A stretch of 64,000 nt of DNA from Mustelus asterias (Eukaryota): assembly GCF_964213995.1 (NCBI RefSeq), contig NC_135818.1, forward strand, positions 74,648,001 through 74,712,000, in the 5' to 3' direction. Made by a program: the position numbers and the translations under genes. Each line of letters opens with the position of its first letter. The first letter of the stretch is position 1. The notes beneath the pieces are model-generated. The model was not told the origin of the DNA and did not search any database. It saw nothing but the letters and a program-made list of their open reading frames with translations. Of this stretch, positions 61,495 through 64,000 are shown in pieces.

Positions 61495-61933
61495 TTATTT
61501 ATTAGTCGCAAATAGTCTTACATTAACACTGCAATGAAGTTACTGTGAAAATTCCCTAATCGCCACACTTCGGCACTTGTTTGGGGACACTGGGGGAAAA
61601 TTTAGCATGGCCAATGCACCTCACCTATGTGGTATGGTGGCACAGTGGTTAGCACTACTGCTTCACAGTGCCAGGGATCTGGGTTCGATTCCCAGCTTGG
61701 GTCACTGTCTGTGTGGAGTCTGCACGGTCTCCCCGTGTCTGCGTGGGTTTCCTCCGGATGCTCCGGTTTCCTCCCACAGTCTGACAGACATGCTGGTTAG
61801 GTGCATTGGCCATGCTAAATCCTCCCTCAGTGTACCACAACAGGCGCTGGAGTATGGCATCTAGGGGGTTTTCACAGTAACTTCATTGTGGTGTTAATGT
61901 AAGCCTACTTGTGACACTAATAAATAAACTTTA
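61495..61933. mobile_element. HE1 type B 3' fragment (-, 61495-61622) joined to a full HE1 type B (+, 61630-61933)
   Basis: Two type B tails pointing outward. Confidence 0.85.
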
Positions 61934-62745
61934 AACCATATCTTCCAGCAGAAGTCACTGGATAATGATCAGGATCAGACACCATGGCAGATTCCCTAAC
62001 CTGAGCTTCTGAGACCAATCAAAGTTCCCCAATGTCACTCGGCTGGGTTTTCCTGCCTCAGTAAGGACTGGGGGCTGAAGGGACATCTTCCTGGTCCTGG
62101 TCTGTATGGACAGGCTTTTATCATTAACTGAATTACTGAATCTAGCAAGCCTGCAACTGAATGCACTCACAGAACATCTGACGCCACTGCTTAATATCTC
62201 GAACAACAGGCCTGCGATCTCACTGAAATATTTAGCACTTTAGGTGAAGAATTCAGTTTTATCTTCTGGCCTTCCAATGACATTCTGCTGTCTGAGGATT
62301 ACGACCCTTTTCTGGGCATGTTTCTACACCATTATAACGACATCCCCTTACCCCACCACACACCCTCCTCTCCCCCCATCCCAACACCCCAACAAATATA
62401 CATTTCATTAAGTAATAGATTAGTTCTGTAAACTTCGGCCTTTTCAGAGATATCTTGCTTAGTTCTTGTCTCCAGTGTGTCGATGCTCATCTCCTCACAG
62501 CAATGCTAAACATACGGATCCTTATACTGGAGTGACTTTCCCAGCTCATTCCCCCATTCCTGGAGAGGCAACTTTGGAAAAAGGAAGTGGGATGCGGGTT
62601 CATGCTGGGGGCAGCATCACACCTCAGGCTGGCTTTCGAGGGAGTCTTCTTGCCTCTGAGAACGTTTCCGAGATGTGGGATCCCGGAGACAGTGGCGGAT
62701 AGCCAATCAAGGCACTTGAAAAGACAATTGAGCCAAGTTCTTTCT

Positions 62746-62942
62746 CACAACACTAGGTTAAAGTCCAACAGGTTTATTTGGAATCATGAGTTTTCCGAGT
62801 GCTGCTCCTTCATCACTCACCTGATGAAGGGGCAACGCTCCGAAAGTTCGTGATTCCAAATAACCCTGTTGGACTTTAACCTAGTGTTGTGAGACTTCTA
62901 ATTGTGCCCACCCAAGTCCAACTCCGGAATCTCCACATCACG
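62746..62942 (+). mobile_element. Fold-back Penelope-derived element with hammerhead motif
   Basis: Inverted arms ~62743-62815 / 62822-62894; unpaired tail to 62940; TSD agttctttct at 62736-62745 and 62943-62952. Confidence 0.82.
62817..62853 (+). ncRNA. Minimal type I hammerhead ribozyme, core intact
   Basis: UCAC CUGAUGA A GGGGC AAC GCUCC GAA AGUU C GUGA. Confidence 0.68.
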
Positions 62943-63308
62943 AGTTCTTTCTGATAGGGTTGAAGCGTTGTGAAAGGTGACTGGGTGTATGCTTGCTCCT
63001 CAGCAGGTCAGTGGGGCGACTCTGCAGTGGGGAGGTCAGAGCCTCCTATCTTCTAAGGTTGTTCATTAACAGCTCCTCGGCAGTGAGTGGCAAGGGTGCT
63101 GCCGAACCCTACCGCAGCCTCGTCATTGAGTGATTAAATTCTGGAGATAGATGCCTCCCATGGTTAAATGCAGTGAACAATACACCCCTCCACAGACTGA
63201 TGGCGAATGCATCGCCTCTCTGCCACCCTATCAGTCTGGTCCACAGCAATGCTCCTATTGGTCTTACAGTCGGGGGTTCACCAACTTCCATTGGAGAAGA
63301 CCTCGATA

Positions 63309-63640
63309 TCATAGAATCATAGAATCCCTACAGTGCAGAAGGAAGACATTCAGCCCATTGCGTCTGCACCAACAACAATCCCACCCCAGACCATATCCCC
63401 GTAACCCCACATCTTTACCCCGCTAATCCCTCTAACCATCCAGAGACAGTAAGGGGCAACTTAGCATGGCCAATCAACCTAACCTGCACATCTTTGGAGT
63501 GTGGGAGGAAACTGGAGCACCTGGAAGAAATCCACGCAGATACGGGAAGAACATGCAAACTCCACACAGACAGTGACCCAAGCCAAGAATCGAACCCGGG
63601 TCTCTGGCACTGTGAGGCAGCAGTGCCAACCCACTGTGCC
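63309..63640 (-). mobile_element. HE1-type V-SINE type A
   Basis: Full minus-strand copy. Confidence 0.9.
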
Positions 63641-64000
63641 CCCCTGCTGCAGATCCTGCACTCCAGTCTCCAGGATCTGCCCTCCATCTCTAATTGGACA
63701 GTGAACCCTGAGGCGGCTTGTTAATTGGCTGCCACCTATAAAATGGTGTCAGAGTGGGCACCAGGGTAGAGACACGTCATCGGCTTCCCGATGCCTGCTG
63801 GAAAACACACCCCACAATGAGCCCAAGGGCTGAGGGTAAGTAGATGTTTATAGATACATTGATTCAAAGGGGAACCATCATCATGAAAGCTTTTTTCTTT
63901 CGCTTACAGAGAAACACCTAATGCAAATAACTGACATTGAAATATAACATTATGACTCGATGTACGTTCGACCACTCTTGATGAAGTGTCCTGCATTTAT

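Overview
This window is non-coding, repeat-saturated vertebrate DNA, almost certainly from a shark or other elasmobranch. The evidence is about 30 copies of an HE1-type tRNA-derived V-SINE plus its partner CR1 (HER1-like) LINE fragments. I recognise no host protein-coding gene: every recognisable peptide in the ORF track is a broken transposon protein (CR1 RT, Rex1/Babar RT, Gypsy RT/RNase H/integrase, Penelope RT-thumb/GIY-YIG). Other content: two decayed Gypsy elements, Penelope-like elements (PLEs) of different ages, Deu-domain SINEs, an L2-tailed tRNA SINE, MITEs, a tRNA-Glu pseudogene and a 164-bp N gap. The most interesting signals are: (1) four short, TSD-flanked fold-back elements built from a PLE terminal repeat that carry minimal hammerhead-ribozyme cores, in one case on both strands of a ~290-bp hairpin; (2) an HE1 subfamily whose tail appears to have switched from a CR1 tail to a Rex1/Babar-type stem-loop, with a compensatory base change; (3) a tRNA-Glu/HE1 chimeric insert; (4) three locally templated inverted insertions. 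Element boundaries were read by eye and are approximate unless a TSD is quoted. Family names come from recall, not from a database search.
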